In this document: positions 18,541 through 26,890 of the stretch, one piece after another
How the letters are laid out: each line of letters opens with the position of its first letter
Numbering within the stretch: the first letter of the stretch is position 1
Source: an uncultured bacterium
Lineage (GTDB): Bacteria; Hydrothermota; Hydrothermia; B15-G9; WFZT01
Assembly: GCA_964571845.1 (NCBI GenBank)
Contig: CAZNDM010000062.1
Location: 18,258-82,257, forward strand
Direction: 5' to 3'
Length of the DNA: 64,000 nt
Notes under the pieces: generated by a model
Database searches by the model: none
What the model was told of the DNA's origin: nothing
Seen by the model: the letters and a program-made list of their open reading frames with translations, nothing else
Program-made: the position numbers and the translations under genes

Positions 18541-19722
18541 TTAGCTTATCACACCAAGTTCACGCCCCACTTTTGCGAATTTCTCAAGTGCAAAATCGAG
18601 ATCTTCCTTTGAATGTGTAGCTGAAATCATGACCCTTATTCTTGCCTTACCGCGTGGAACTGTTGGATACCCGATTGCCTGGGCAAAAATACCTTCTTCA
18701 AAAAGTCTCTTGGAAAATTCCTGAGCAACACTCGCCTCGCCCAGCATGACCGGTGTTATTGGAGTCTGACTCTTACCAATGTCAAACCCGAGATTTTTCA
18801 TGTTTTCTTTGAAATACTTGGCATTATCCCAGAGCTTTCTCACAAGCTCGTCCGATTCCATGAGTATGTCCACAGCTGCAATTGAAGCTGCAACATCAGG
18901 TGGAGTTACCGCACTTGAGAAGAGGAATGGCCTTGCCTTCTGCTTAAGATATTCAACAATCTCTTTTGATCCTGCGACATAACCACCCACAACACCAAAA
19001 GCCTTCGAAAGTGTCCCGACCTCAATATCAACCTTTCCGTGAAGATCGAAATGATCCACTATACCTCTGCCACCTCTACCAAGTACGCCCTCACCGTGGG
19101 CATCATCCACCATCAGGATTGCCTCGTACTTTTCTGCTATTTCAGCAATCTCTGGTAGTGGCGCGATGTCTCCGTCCATTGAGAAAACACCGTCTGTTAC
19201 AACAAGTTTCCTCCTGTATTTCGGACCCTCCTCTTTCAGCTTTCTCTCAAGATCTTCTGGATCGTTGTGGTTATACCTTATGATCGTCGCTCTTGAAAGC
19301 CTTGAACCATCAATGATAGATGCATGGTTCAATTCATCTGAAAAAATGGCATCTCCTCTTCCAACAAGTGCAGGTATGGTTGCAAGATTGGCGTTGAAAC
19401 CACTCTGGAAAGAGATGGTCGCCTCTGCTCCCTTAAACTCTGCAAGTTTCCTCTCAAGCTCGTTGTGCAGGGACATGGTGCCAGCAATGGTCCTTACAGC
19501 CGCCGGTCCAACACCAAATCTATCTATTGCCTCCTTTGCCTTCTTTCTCAATTCAGGATGATTGGCAAATCCAAGGTAATTGTTTGAACACAGATTCAAT
19601 ACTTTCTTGCCGTCAACGACAATCCAGGCACCCTGCGGGGACTCAATGGTCCTGATGATGATGTAAAGTCCCTCTTTCTTCAGATTTTCTATGTCTTCAC
19701 GAATAAAATCGAGTTTTCCCAT
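18541..19722 (-). CDS. kbl: Glycine C-acetyltransferase (2-amino-3-ketobutyrate CoA ligase)
   Basis: The protein belongs to the alpha-oxoamine synthase family ([12 protein letters not shown]; PLP lysine region GTLSKAFG). It lies immediately downstream of tdh in the same orientation. Confidence 0.85.
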   Translation of the reverse strand: MGKLDFIREDIENLKKEGLYIIIRTIESPQGAWIVVDGKKVLNLCSNNYLGFANHPELRKKAKEAIDRFGVGPAAVRTIAGTMSLHNELERKLAEFKGAEATISFQSGFNANLATIPALVGRGDAIFSDELNHASIIDGSRLSRATIIRYNHNDPEDLERKLKEEGPKYRRKLVVTDGVFSMDGDIAPLPEIAEIAEKYEAILMVDDAHGEGVLGRGGRGIVDHFDLHGKVDIEVGTLSKAFGVVGGYVAGSKEIVEYLKQKARPFLFSSAVTPPDVAASIAAVDILMESDELVRKLWDNAKYFKENMKNLGFDIGKSQTPITPVMLGEASVAQEFSKRLFEEGIFAQAIGYPTVPRGKARIRVMISATHSKEDLDFALEKFAKVGRELGVIS

Positions 19723-19732
19723 GCTTCACCTC

Positions 19733-20761
19733 CTAAAAACTCATAACAATTTTTGCAGCTTCCTTCTTTATCAAAAGCTCCATCCCCTTTTCAATCTCGT
19801 CAATTTTCAACTGATGAGTGATTATTGGTGTTAGATCAACCTTACCTGACGCAAGGAGAGCCGTTGATTGGTACCATGTCTCAAACATTTTGCGCCCCGT
19901 AATTCCGTATATCTTCAATCCCTTAAAAATCACATTTTCAGCAAGATCAACGGAAATTTTCTTGTGAGGGATTCCGAGAAGGGAGATTCTGCCCCCATTT
20001 CTTATAACTTTAAACATCTGCTGGATAGCTGGCTCGGCTCCTGACATCTCAAGCACAACATCCACACCGAGACCACCTGTCTCATCGAGAATCACCTCGA
20101 TGGGATTATCTTTCTCTGGATTGATCAGCCTATCAGCTCCCATCTTTTCACCGAGAGACAGACGAAAACTGTTGGGCTCGATAAGGAATATCCTCGAGGC
20201 TCCTCCTGCCCTTGCCACAGCAACGGACATAAGACCAATAGGTCCCCCTCCAAAAACCGCAACTGTCTTGGCTGTTATATCTTCAACAAGTGTAGAATAA
20301 ACGGCATTTCCAAATGGCTCCTGAAGAGTGGCAACCTCAGGCGGGATGGTTCTATCAGTCTTCCATACATTCTCCTCCGGCACCTTCACATATTCAGCAA
20401 ATGCACCGTTTACATCCACCCCCAGGATCTTGACATTCACGCAAATATGGGAGTTTCCTGTCCTGCATAAATAACAATGCCCGCAGGCAATGTGTGTCTC
20501 TGCTGAAACATAATCCCCCGGATTAACGGATTTTACCTCCTTACCCACCTCGACGACTTCACCTACAAACTCGTGACCAAATATGATAGGCGGCTTTATT
20601 CGGGAAGCGGACCACTCGTCCCATGTGTATATGTGTACATCTGTGCCACAGATACTGTTCTTAATAACTTTAATCAACACATCATGGGGACCTACCTCGG
20701 GAATCGGGGCATCCACGATCTCGAGGCCCGGTCCCGGCTTCTGTTTCATAACAGCTTTCAT
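19733..20761 (-). CDS. tdh: L-threonine 3-dehydrogenase (zinc-dependent medium-chain dehydrogenase/reductase)
   Basis: MKAVMKQKPGPGLEIVDAPIPEVGPHDVLIKV...CGTDVHIY carries the zinc-binding motif, and a Rossmann GGGPIGL motif follows. Met20 of the tracked ORF is preceded by a GGGAGG RBS. Confidence 0.85.
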   Translation of the reverse strand: MKAVMKQKPGPGLEIVDAPIPEVGPHDVLIKVIKNSICGTDVHIYTWDEWSASRIKPPIIFGHEFVGEVVEVGKEVKSVNPGDYVSAETHIACGHCYLCRTGNSHICVNVKILGVDVNGAFAEYVKVPEENVWKTDRTIPPEVATLQEPFGNAVYSTLVEDITAKTVAVFGGGPIGLMSVAVARAGGASRIFLIEPNSFRLSLGEKMGADRLINPEKDNPIEVILDETGGLGVDVVLEMSGAEPAIQQMFKVIRNGGRISLLGIPHKKISVDLAENVIFKGLKIYGITGRKMFETWYQSTALLASGKVDLTPIITHQLKIDEIEKGMELLIKKEAAKIVMSF

Positions 20762-21075
20762 TTTCAAGCCTCCCTGTAAAATAACCCGTCCAAAGTATAA
20801 TTCAACCAAATGAACCATTCAATCGTGTTAAATACATATATCAGGGACAGAAACCCACCCATCCATCAACCACACTAAAATGCTCTTGAAAAAAGATAGC
20901 ACTCCGGATCAGCCACTTCAAAAAAGTCTGTGGCTATACGACACGAATATGACATTAGTGTCGAAAGAAACCGCTAAAAATTGTTCTGCATAAAACGGGA
21001 AGTGATCGTTTTTTCCTCCGTATTGAAGAGCTTTGATGGCTGCATTTTTGTCCCTGCAAAGTGTAAGACTGTTAG

Positions 21076-21645
21076 GAAATATTTTACCGGTGACCATTTT
21101 CCCTTTAACTTTGCGGAAAAAATCTTTTTCTCTCTTATGCTTGCGTAAGCCCATTTCGTAGCAAAAATCACACTGGCTCCTTTCCCGCTTTGTGAGAGGA
21201 ATCACTTCAAACTTCCACTCCTGCTTGCAGGAGGAACCACTACTAATCTTCTTTCCAGCAAGGCGAGAGGGATCATTTCCAATTTCCCCTCCCACACGGC
21301 GGGAGTGATCACTTCCAATCTCCCCTCCCGCACGGCGGGAGAGACCTTTCCAATCTCCCCTCCCGCACGGCGGGAGGGGACAAAGGGGAGGGCAAAAATA
21401 CCCTTCATTACTCTTCCAGTCAATTTTGTTCATTCTGCCCCCTCCTTAATCCTCCCCGACAAAGTGGGGGGAGGAGATTGATGAGCGTCCCCCACAAAGT
21501 GTTACCGTGTCCTGTGGGGGAGGGAGTCATTGGGAGCCCACAAGACATCCATTTTGTAGGGAAGGAATAAGTGTCCTCCCACAGTACCAAACACTCTGGG
21601 GAAGGAAGTTAAAAAATCACATGCTCCTTTTACCCTAAAGGATTT
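21076..21645 (+). repeat. Copy A of a three-copy composite intergenic repeat family (see copies B and C), forward orientation
   Basis: The 5' arm GAAATATTTTACCGG...CTTTGCGGAAAAAATCTTTTTCTCTCTTATGCTTGCG is shared with copies B and C. The internal array is three 35-bp units TTCCAATCTCCCCTCCCGCACGGCGGGAG(N6) at 21276-21382. The shared core is AAGGGGAGGGCAAAA...CTTCCAGYCAAT...CCTCCCCNACAAAGTGGG...AGATTGATGAG...CAGTACCAAA...AGTTAAAAAATCA..CTTTTACCCTAAAGGA. Confidence 0.6.
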
Positions 21646-21939
21646 CTCCGAAGATTCTCCTGCGAAGTATTAGCACCGGGAGGAAAATGTAGGTGGACCT
21701 TCCCGATAGGAGTAGGAATTGTGGAGATAGTATCATCACTTTAACCTCCCTCTATGACGCTAAAGGGTGTAGAAAGAATTAATCTTGAATCTCGGTGGAA
21801 ACGACACCAGAGAACCATGTGTAATGGAATCTCCGTTGCATGAATTGAAACAGTTGAAAAGAATGGGATTTGGGAACATGTGGGGGCATATGGATGTTTT
21901 TCCGATGCCCATTGGGCATTGTGGAATTTGGGAACATGT

Positions 21940-21970
21940 GGGGGCGGGACCGCTTCGCGGTCCCGCCCCC
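21940..21970. terminator. GC-rich palindrome hairpin (14-bp stem) at the 3' end of the minus-strand OMP gene
   Basis: GGGGGCGGGACCGC-TTC-GCGGTCCCGCCCCC sits 8 bp beyond the stop of 21978..22601 (-). Confidence 0.55.
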
Positions 21971-21977
21971 ACCCTCT

Positions 21978-22601
21978 TTAAAACACCAAAACCGGCCCAA
22001 GAGATATCGTGAAGATCTTTGTATTGATGTCGTTGTAATCCGTTGTCGTGAACACAAGATCGAAGTTCAGATTCAGGTCTATTCCAAGCTTCTTCCTCGG
22101 CTGCACATGGAATCCTGCACCAAAGCTCAGTCCCACCGAGTTGTGCGTCGCCTTATCCTTTGTACCCTGTCCCACATTTTTAACCTCCGTTGACACCATG
22201 TACAGACCACCTCCACCCTGGAGATAGGGCATAAGTGGCCTGTTGGGAAGTGTGAGATAGTATCTCACAATCCCTTTTATTGCCAGAATCTTGTCGTAAA
22301 CCTTCTGAACATGCGGATCTATCGTTCTGTTACCGGCTTTGTTTATCTTGTAGCTTGCATTGGATATACCAAGCATCGTGAGGATATTCTTTGTTAATCC
22401 AAAGGAGAAGAATCCTGTCAGGTTAAATCCATTTTCGCCTCCAAGTGCTATTCCCCTATCCTCAGGGAACATGTCGGGCATGTCACCAATGGGTATCCCG
22501 ATACCCGCATAACCGTGTACTGTGAATTTGTTCATGAAATTGTACGAATAAACATTTCCCGTGACCATAAACAATGCCAATATTACAAGGTATTTCCTCA
22601 T
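21978..22601 (-). CDS. Outer-membrane beta-barrel protein (OmpA-like small beta-barrel/porin family)
   Basis: A signal peptide (MRKYLVILALFMVTGNVYS) is followed by alternating amphipathic beta-strand patterning over about 200 aa, with a C-terminal aromatic residue (…LGPVLVF). Confidence 0.6.
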   Translation of the reverse strand: MRKYLVILALFMVTGNVYSYNFMNKFTVHGYAGIGIPIGDMPDMFPEDRGIALGGENGFNLTGFFSFGLTKNILTMLGISNASYKINKAGNRTIDPHVQKVYDKILAIKGIVRYYLTLPNRPLMPYLQGGGGLYMVSTEVKNVGQGTKDKATHNSVGLSFGAGFHVQPRKKLGIDLNLNFDLVFTTTDYNDINTKIFTISLGPVLVF

Positions 22602-23131
22602 TTTTTCACCTCCTTTATTTTATAAATCTTTCCAAACTCTTTCCCACCACATGCATTCTCGAAGTAGTACTGGGCGTCAAGATTTATGTTTGATACTGTT
22701 CCTGTAATTCTCATAAACACAAAGTTGTTATTTTGCATGTCAGGATGACAACCGAAGATGATATCATCCTCGTAACCATCCCCATCCGCATCAACGCAGT
22801 CGCTTAGGGCAAATATGATCATGTAATCATCTGTCGAATAACCCTCCGGTATGTTGAAAGTTACATTAGAAAAGGTAAGTCCCACCTGTACGGGATTGGT
22901 CTCAACATCCTGGTCATCCAACCTCTGATCGTGCGAGAATACAATTTCAAGGTTGTACTGCTGGAATCCTGCATGGTCCGTTATTCTACCGGAGACTGTT
23001 ACGGTATTGGTTGTGCCTCCGCCTCCGCCACCTACGCCGCCACCACCCAATCCTGTTCCCGTAACTTCAGTTGATTTACACCCTCCAAATATCAGGGCAC
23101 CAACAATTATTAGAGGCAACAACTTCTTCAT
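22598..23131 (-). CDS. Hypothetical lipoprotein with a Gly-rich linker
   Basis: A lipoprotein signal and lipobox (…ALIFGGC) are followed by a poly-Gly stretch (GGGGVGGGGGG). The stop overlaps the downstream OMP start by 4 bp. Confidence 0.5.
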   Translation of the reverse strand: MKKLLPLIIVGALIFGGCKSTEVTGTGLGGGGVGGGGGGTTNTVTVSGRITDHAGFQQYNLEIVFSHDQRLDDQDVETNPVQVGLTFSNVTFNIPEGYSTDDYMIIFALSDCVDADGDGYEDDIIFGCHPDMQNNNFVFMRITGTVSNINLDAQYYFENACGGKEFGKIYKIKEVKK

Positions 23132-23358
23132 TTTGACACCTCCTTTTTCCCTGTCTCTTTTAAAAATCTCTGGATAAACTCAATGGCTTCGTCCACACTA
23201 TGGAAAATCCTTTCCTTGACTTCTGTATCGAGGATTCTTATTAATATCCTCTCCTCGCCCGCTTCAGTTTTTATGAATTCAAGTGTGAGGAATTTCTTTA
23301 TCATCGTTCTCTATGTTACAATTTAAGTGTTACAAAAAAGTTAACACTGAGTTAACAA

Positions 23359-25521
23359 GTGATGGATGTCGAAAAAGTCATAAAGAGAGTGGAGGAGCTT
23401 TATTACGACGGGAAATTTGAGGAAGGCTTAAAACTCCTTGAAGAAATCCCTGACGAGGAAAAACCTGAGTTCGCCTATTTGCTCCTCGGTGTGGGCAATA
23501 AATTTTTGAATAGATTCTATGAAGCCGAGCTTTTTTTAAACAAAATATTGAATTCAAGTGATCCCAAAATCAGAAGTTACGCACGCTGGCAGATTGGCGC
23601 CATTGAAATTTACAAGGGTAACATGGAACGGGGGATAAATCTGCTCAAAGAAATTGAGCCTGAGATGAGGAAAACGCCACAATATGCGTCTTTTATCTTC
23701 GATCTCGTTGAAGGACTGTATTTAAGAAACGAGATTGATGAGTGCATCGAATACCTACAGAAGGCTCTAAAGTTTTCCAGAGAGAGAGGTGATTTAAACC
23801 TGATTGTTACTGCAATTTCCAACCTTGCCCTTGCTTATGATACAAAGGGGGATATCAAAAACGCCCTCACAATGTATCTTGAAGCTGCAAAAATAGCCGA
23901 AAGACAGGACATTTTACACATAGCCTGTTCAACCCTTGTAAATCTTGCTGAGCTCTATGCAGAACTCGGAGATTTTGAAAGTGCATTCAAAACCATAGAG
24001 AGAATTAAAAAGAAAAAATGTCTGAGCTATGAACCCAAACGAGGAATCACCTTATCTGGCATTGCTAAAGTGTATCTCCTGTCAGATAGATTGAAAGACG
24101 CCCGTAAGACACTCACCTTTTTACACGACATTTTACTCGAAAGGGACAACAGCGTTGAGCATGTCACCTATCATATCCTTCAAACACTTCTCAAGTTCAA
24201 AGAAGGTGCCCTTACAGATGTGGAAAACCATATTGAGTACATTCTCGAAAACTGGGAAGCTAAAGATTCGTTTGAATACAGGATAGCAAAATTTTTTAAA
24301 CTCTACATGGAGGCATATTCTGGTCGAGAAATAAATCTATCCGAAATCGAGGAAGTTGTTCACGGACTGTGCAGTGATATGATCGTAATCTCACCCCTCT
24401 ATGTTAAAGTTCTACTCGATTTCGGCAATAAAGAGAAAGCCCTCTCGGTAATGGACGAAATTTCCGATTGTCTGAGGAAAAGGTATGGCAAAACGGGATA
24501 CTTCACATTCTTCAAAGATGAGCTCAAAGAGGTTATAAGAAACCTTTCAAGGGACATAAGATCACCCGAGTTGCTGTTGAAAACCGGGACACTCCTTGCA
24601 GATCGAGAGATACTCGAAAATCTCTTCAAAAGATTTGAGATTACAGAAATTATAGACGAGCTGCGGAAAAATCCGGTCTTCCACCCACATCTCTTCCTCA
24701 CACTAAAATCCCAGCTAAAAAAAGAACCTCACAGGGAGGCGTATCACAAACTCGTGAGGGAGTACCTTTCAAAAAATTCAATATCGATAATCACATTCGG
24801 TCATCTTGAAGTTTACATTGGCCCTTACAAACTCACACCAAAAGACTGGAAAAGGCCTGTAACCCGTGATCTTATAAAATTTTTCATTGTTAACAAAAAC
24901 AAGCTCATTCCGCGTGAGGTCATTTATGAGGCACTATGGCCCGGAGAAGATCCACAGAAAACCTCAAGCAAATTCAGGGTTTACATCTCAATTCTTAGAG
25001 ATGTAATTGAGCCCTGGCTGCTCAAAGACGAAAAGCCCCGAATAATAATTTACACCGAAGGTAAGTACCTCTTTTCAACGGAAAACATCAACATAGATGT
25101 TGAGGATTTTGAAAAACTCGTTGCAGACGGCCTGAAATCCATGGACAGTGCTGAGGCGATGTACAATCTCGAAAAAGCAGTGGAACTCTACAGAGGCGAT
25201 TTCCTGGAGGACGATATCTACAGCGATTTCATTTACATTGAGAGGGAAAGATTGAGAAACATTTTCTTCCGTGCAGTCAACAGACTGAAGGAACTTTACG
25301 ATGAAAAAGGGAATACAGGGAAGGCGAGAGTCCTGCTTGATAAAGCATTTTTCGTTGATCCAACAAACGATACCGTGGCATACGATTATATCGAACTTCT
25401 TCTCAAAATAGGTGAAAGAGCCAACGCAAGGAGAATCTTGGAAATCCACAAAGAAACCCTGAAAAAGAGATACGAAATTGAACCCTCTGAGAAAATCCTG
25501 AAACTTATTGGAGAAAGCTGA
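23359..25521 (+). CDS. TPR-repeat protein with a C-terminal SARP-like module (OmpR-type winged helix + bacterial transcriptional activator domain)
   Basis: The N-terminal ~470 aa are TPR-like helical repeats. The C-terminus has ...ITFGHLEVYIGPYKLTPKDWKRPVTRDLIKFFIVNKNKLIPREVIYEALWP..., an OmpR/SARP-type winged helix. This is followed by DVEDFEKLV...LYRGDFLEDD...YEIEPSEKILKL, which matches the DnrI/AfsR activator-domain (BTAD) pattern. Confidence 0.55.
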   Translation: MMDVEKVIKRVEELYYDGKFEEGLKLLEEIPDEEKPEFAYLLLGVGNKFLNRFYEAELFLNKILNSSDPKIRSYARWQIGAIEIYKGNMERGINLLKEIEPEMRKTPQYASFIFDLVEGLYLRNEIDECIEYLQKALKFSRERGDLNLIVTAISNLALAYDTKGDIKNALTMYLEAAKIAERQDILHIACSTLVNLAELYAELGDFESAFKTIERIKKKKCLSYEPKRGITLSGIAKVYLLSDRLKDARKTLTFLHDILLERDNSVEHVTYHILQTLLKFKEGALTDVENHIEYILENWEAKDSFEYRIAKFFKLYMEAYSGREINLSEIEEVVHGLCSDMIVISPLYVKVLLDFGNKEKALSVMDEISDCLRKRYGKTGYFTFFKDELKEVIRNLSRDIRSPELLLKTGTLLADREILENLFKRFEITEIIDELRKNPVFHPHLFLTLKSQLKKEPHREAYHKLVREYLSKNSISIITFGHLEVYIGPYKLTPKDWKRPVTRDLIKFFIVNKNKLIPREVIYEALWPGEDPQKTSSKFRVYISILRDVIEPWLLKDEKPRIIIYTEGKYLFSTENINIDVEDFEKLVADGLKSMDSAEAMYNLEKAVELYRGDFLEDDIYSDFIYIERERLRNIFFRAVNRLKELYDEKGNTGKARVLLDKAFFVDPTNDTVAYDYIELLLKIGERANARRILEIHKETLKKRYEIEPSEKILKLIGES

Positions 25522-26890
25522 ATATAATCACTCCCCTCTTGGTTCCAGCATAAAGATTTCTGCCGTCAAAATAGAGAGATTTAATCACAGGAAGACTGAA
25601 CCCCGGAGTATATCTTTCAAATCCCAGATCCTTCAGATTGAGAATGTATAGCCCATCCGGTGCACCTATAAAAATTTTATCATCTGCCACAACCATAGGA
25701 TAATCAAATCCACGGGACGGTTTGAAAGGTACAGGTAGTTTATCGACAATTCCGTTTTTAAACTCCAGGATTCCAATGTCTGATAAAACATAAAGCCTGC
25801 CACCTGAAACCGCGGCTGAGTATATGGGAGCAAATTTGTTGTATTTTCTTTGAGGCTGTAATTCTCTCGAATAGATTTTGCCGTCCATCAGAAAAAGGGG
25901 AGAATCTTCATAAATCACCATTTTCGATATTTCCAAAGGAATTTTCAGTCTGGACAGAACATTGCCAGCAGGTGTTACCTCAAGCAATCTCCCCGACATT
26001 TGAACGAAGAGCAAGCCATCGAATACACCCAGGAGTTTCCCATTGTCCAGGAATTTCCTGATCCACCTATTCTTCAGAACAAAAATTCCACATCTGCTGC
26101 TAAAATAAAGGGAACTGTCGAGTGGCGAGATCATCTCGACATCCGGGCAATCTGTGCGTATAAAGCTCCAGAACCTGCCATTCTTCAATGCAATACCACC
26201 GTTTCCGGCAATAAAGATCTTCCCGCTAATTCCAGTAATACAGTTGACCTCAGAAAAGGGGAGTCCGATCTGTATGGAGTCTCGGACAATTTTCAGGTTA
26301 AAATCGTACCTGTAAATTCCCTTTTTATCCGTCCCCACCCAGAGAGTGTTGAAATCTCGGTAAAAATAGGTAAAGTTGACCTTGCCAGCCAGTGGATCAT
26401 AGAAAAAGAACGGGGCAAGGAATGCCACCTTCAGACTATCCCTCGTCAGTGAATTGAGCCGCCCCACCCAGACAGTACCACTTTCAGGCTTTCTATTCCC
26501 CAATCTGAACCCTGAAGTTGTGAAGGCGATTATTTCTCCGTTGTTCTCCACATAAATTTTATCACAGCATATACCGAGAGAGGTCGCAGGCCCGGCAGAG
26601 GCAAGAAAAGTTACATCCTCAGAAGTGGTCGTCCATCTATAGAGATTCCCAAAAACATCAATGAAAAACACACTCAGGAGATTCTGCATCACAGCAAATT
26701 TAACGGGAGTTTCCGTTAAAACGGATCTCTCCATACGGTTGTCGAAAAGGTTGTAAGTGTAGATACCACCAGGAGTTGAAACGAGCAATCTGTTGTTTTG
26801 CCTGACCAGAGAATTTATGTGCAAAAATTCACCGATTTTCGAGACATTTGCTGAGTGGATGGAAAATGCCAGAAGAATACTAAAAATCAT
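25505..26890 (-). CDS. Hypothetical secreted beta-propeller-like protein
   Basis: A signal peptide is followed by repeated ~45-aa segments rich in G/Y/F/D (GGIYTYNL..., GKIFIAGNGGIAL..., GRLYVLSDIGILEF...). These resemble the Reg_prop/two-component-regulator propeller repeats. No catalytic motif is seen. Confidence 0.4.
   Translation of the reverse strand: MIFSILLAFSIHSANVSKIGEFLHINSLVRQNNRLLVSTPGGIYTYNLFDNRMERSVLTETPVKFAVMQNLLSVFFIDVFGNLYRWTTTSEDVTFLASAGPATSLGICCDKIYVENNGEIIAFTTSGFRLGNRKPESGTVWVGRLNSLTRDSLKVAFLAPFFFYDPLAGKVNFTYFYRDFNTLWVGTDKKGIYRYDFNLKIVRDSIQIGLPFSEVNCITGISGKIFIAGNGGIALKNGRFWSFIRTDCPDVEMISPLDSSLYFSSRCGIFVLKNRWIRKFLDNGKLLGVFDGLLFVQMSGRLLEVTPAGNVLSRLKIPLEISKMVIYEDSPLFLMDGKIYSRELQPQRKYNKFAPIYSAAVSGGRLYVLSDIGILEFKNGIVDKLPVPFKPSRGFDYPMVVADDKIFIGAPDGLYILNLKDLGFERYTPGFSLPVIKSLYFDGRNLYAGTKRGVIIFSFLQ

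Noticed and set aside
21276-21382. Tandem short repeats considered as a possible CRISPR array
   Set aside because: The units are directly adjacent with no unique spacers and are degenerate rather than identical. No cas genes are anywhere in the window. They are better described as satellite-like internal repeats of the composite element.
20918-21433. 171-aa ORF with GGEIG/SRRAGGEIG peptide repeats
   Set aside because: Its N-terminal two-thirds is the translation of the 35-bp tandem DNA units of repeat copy A. The peptide repeats mirror the DNA repeats exactly. Only the C-terminal ~90 codons lie outside the repeat, and they show no RBS or recognisable domain.
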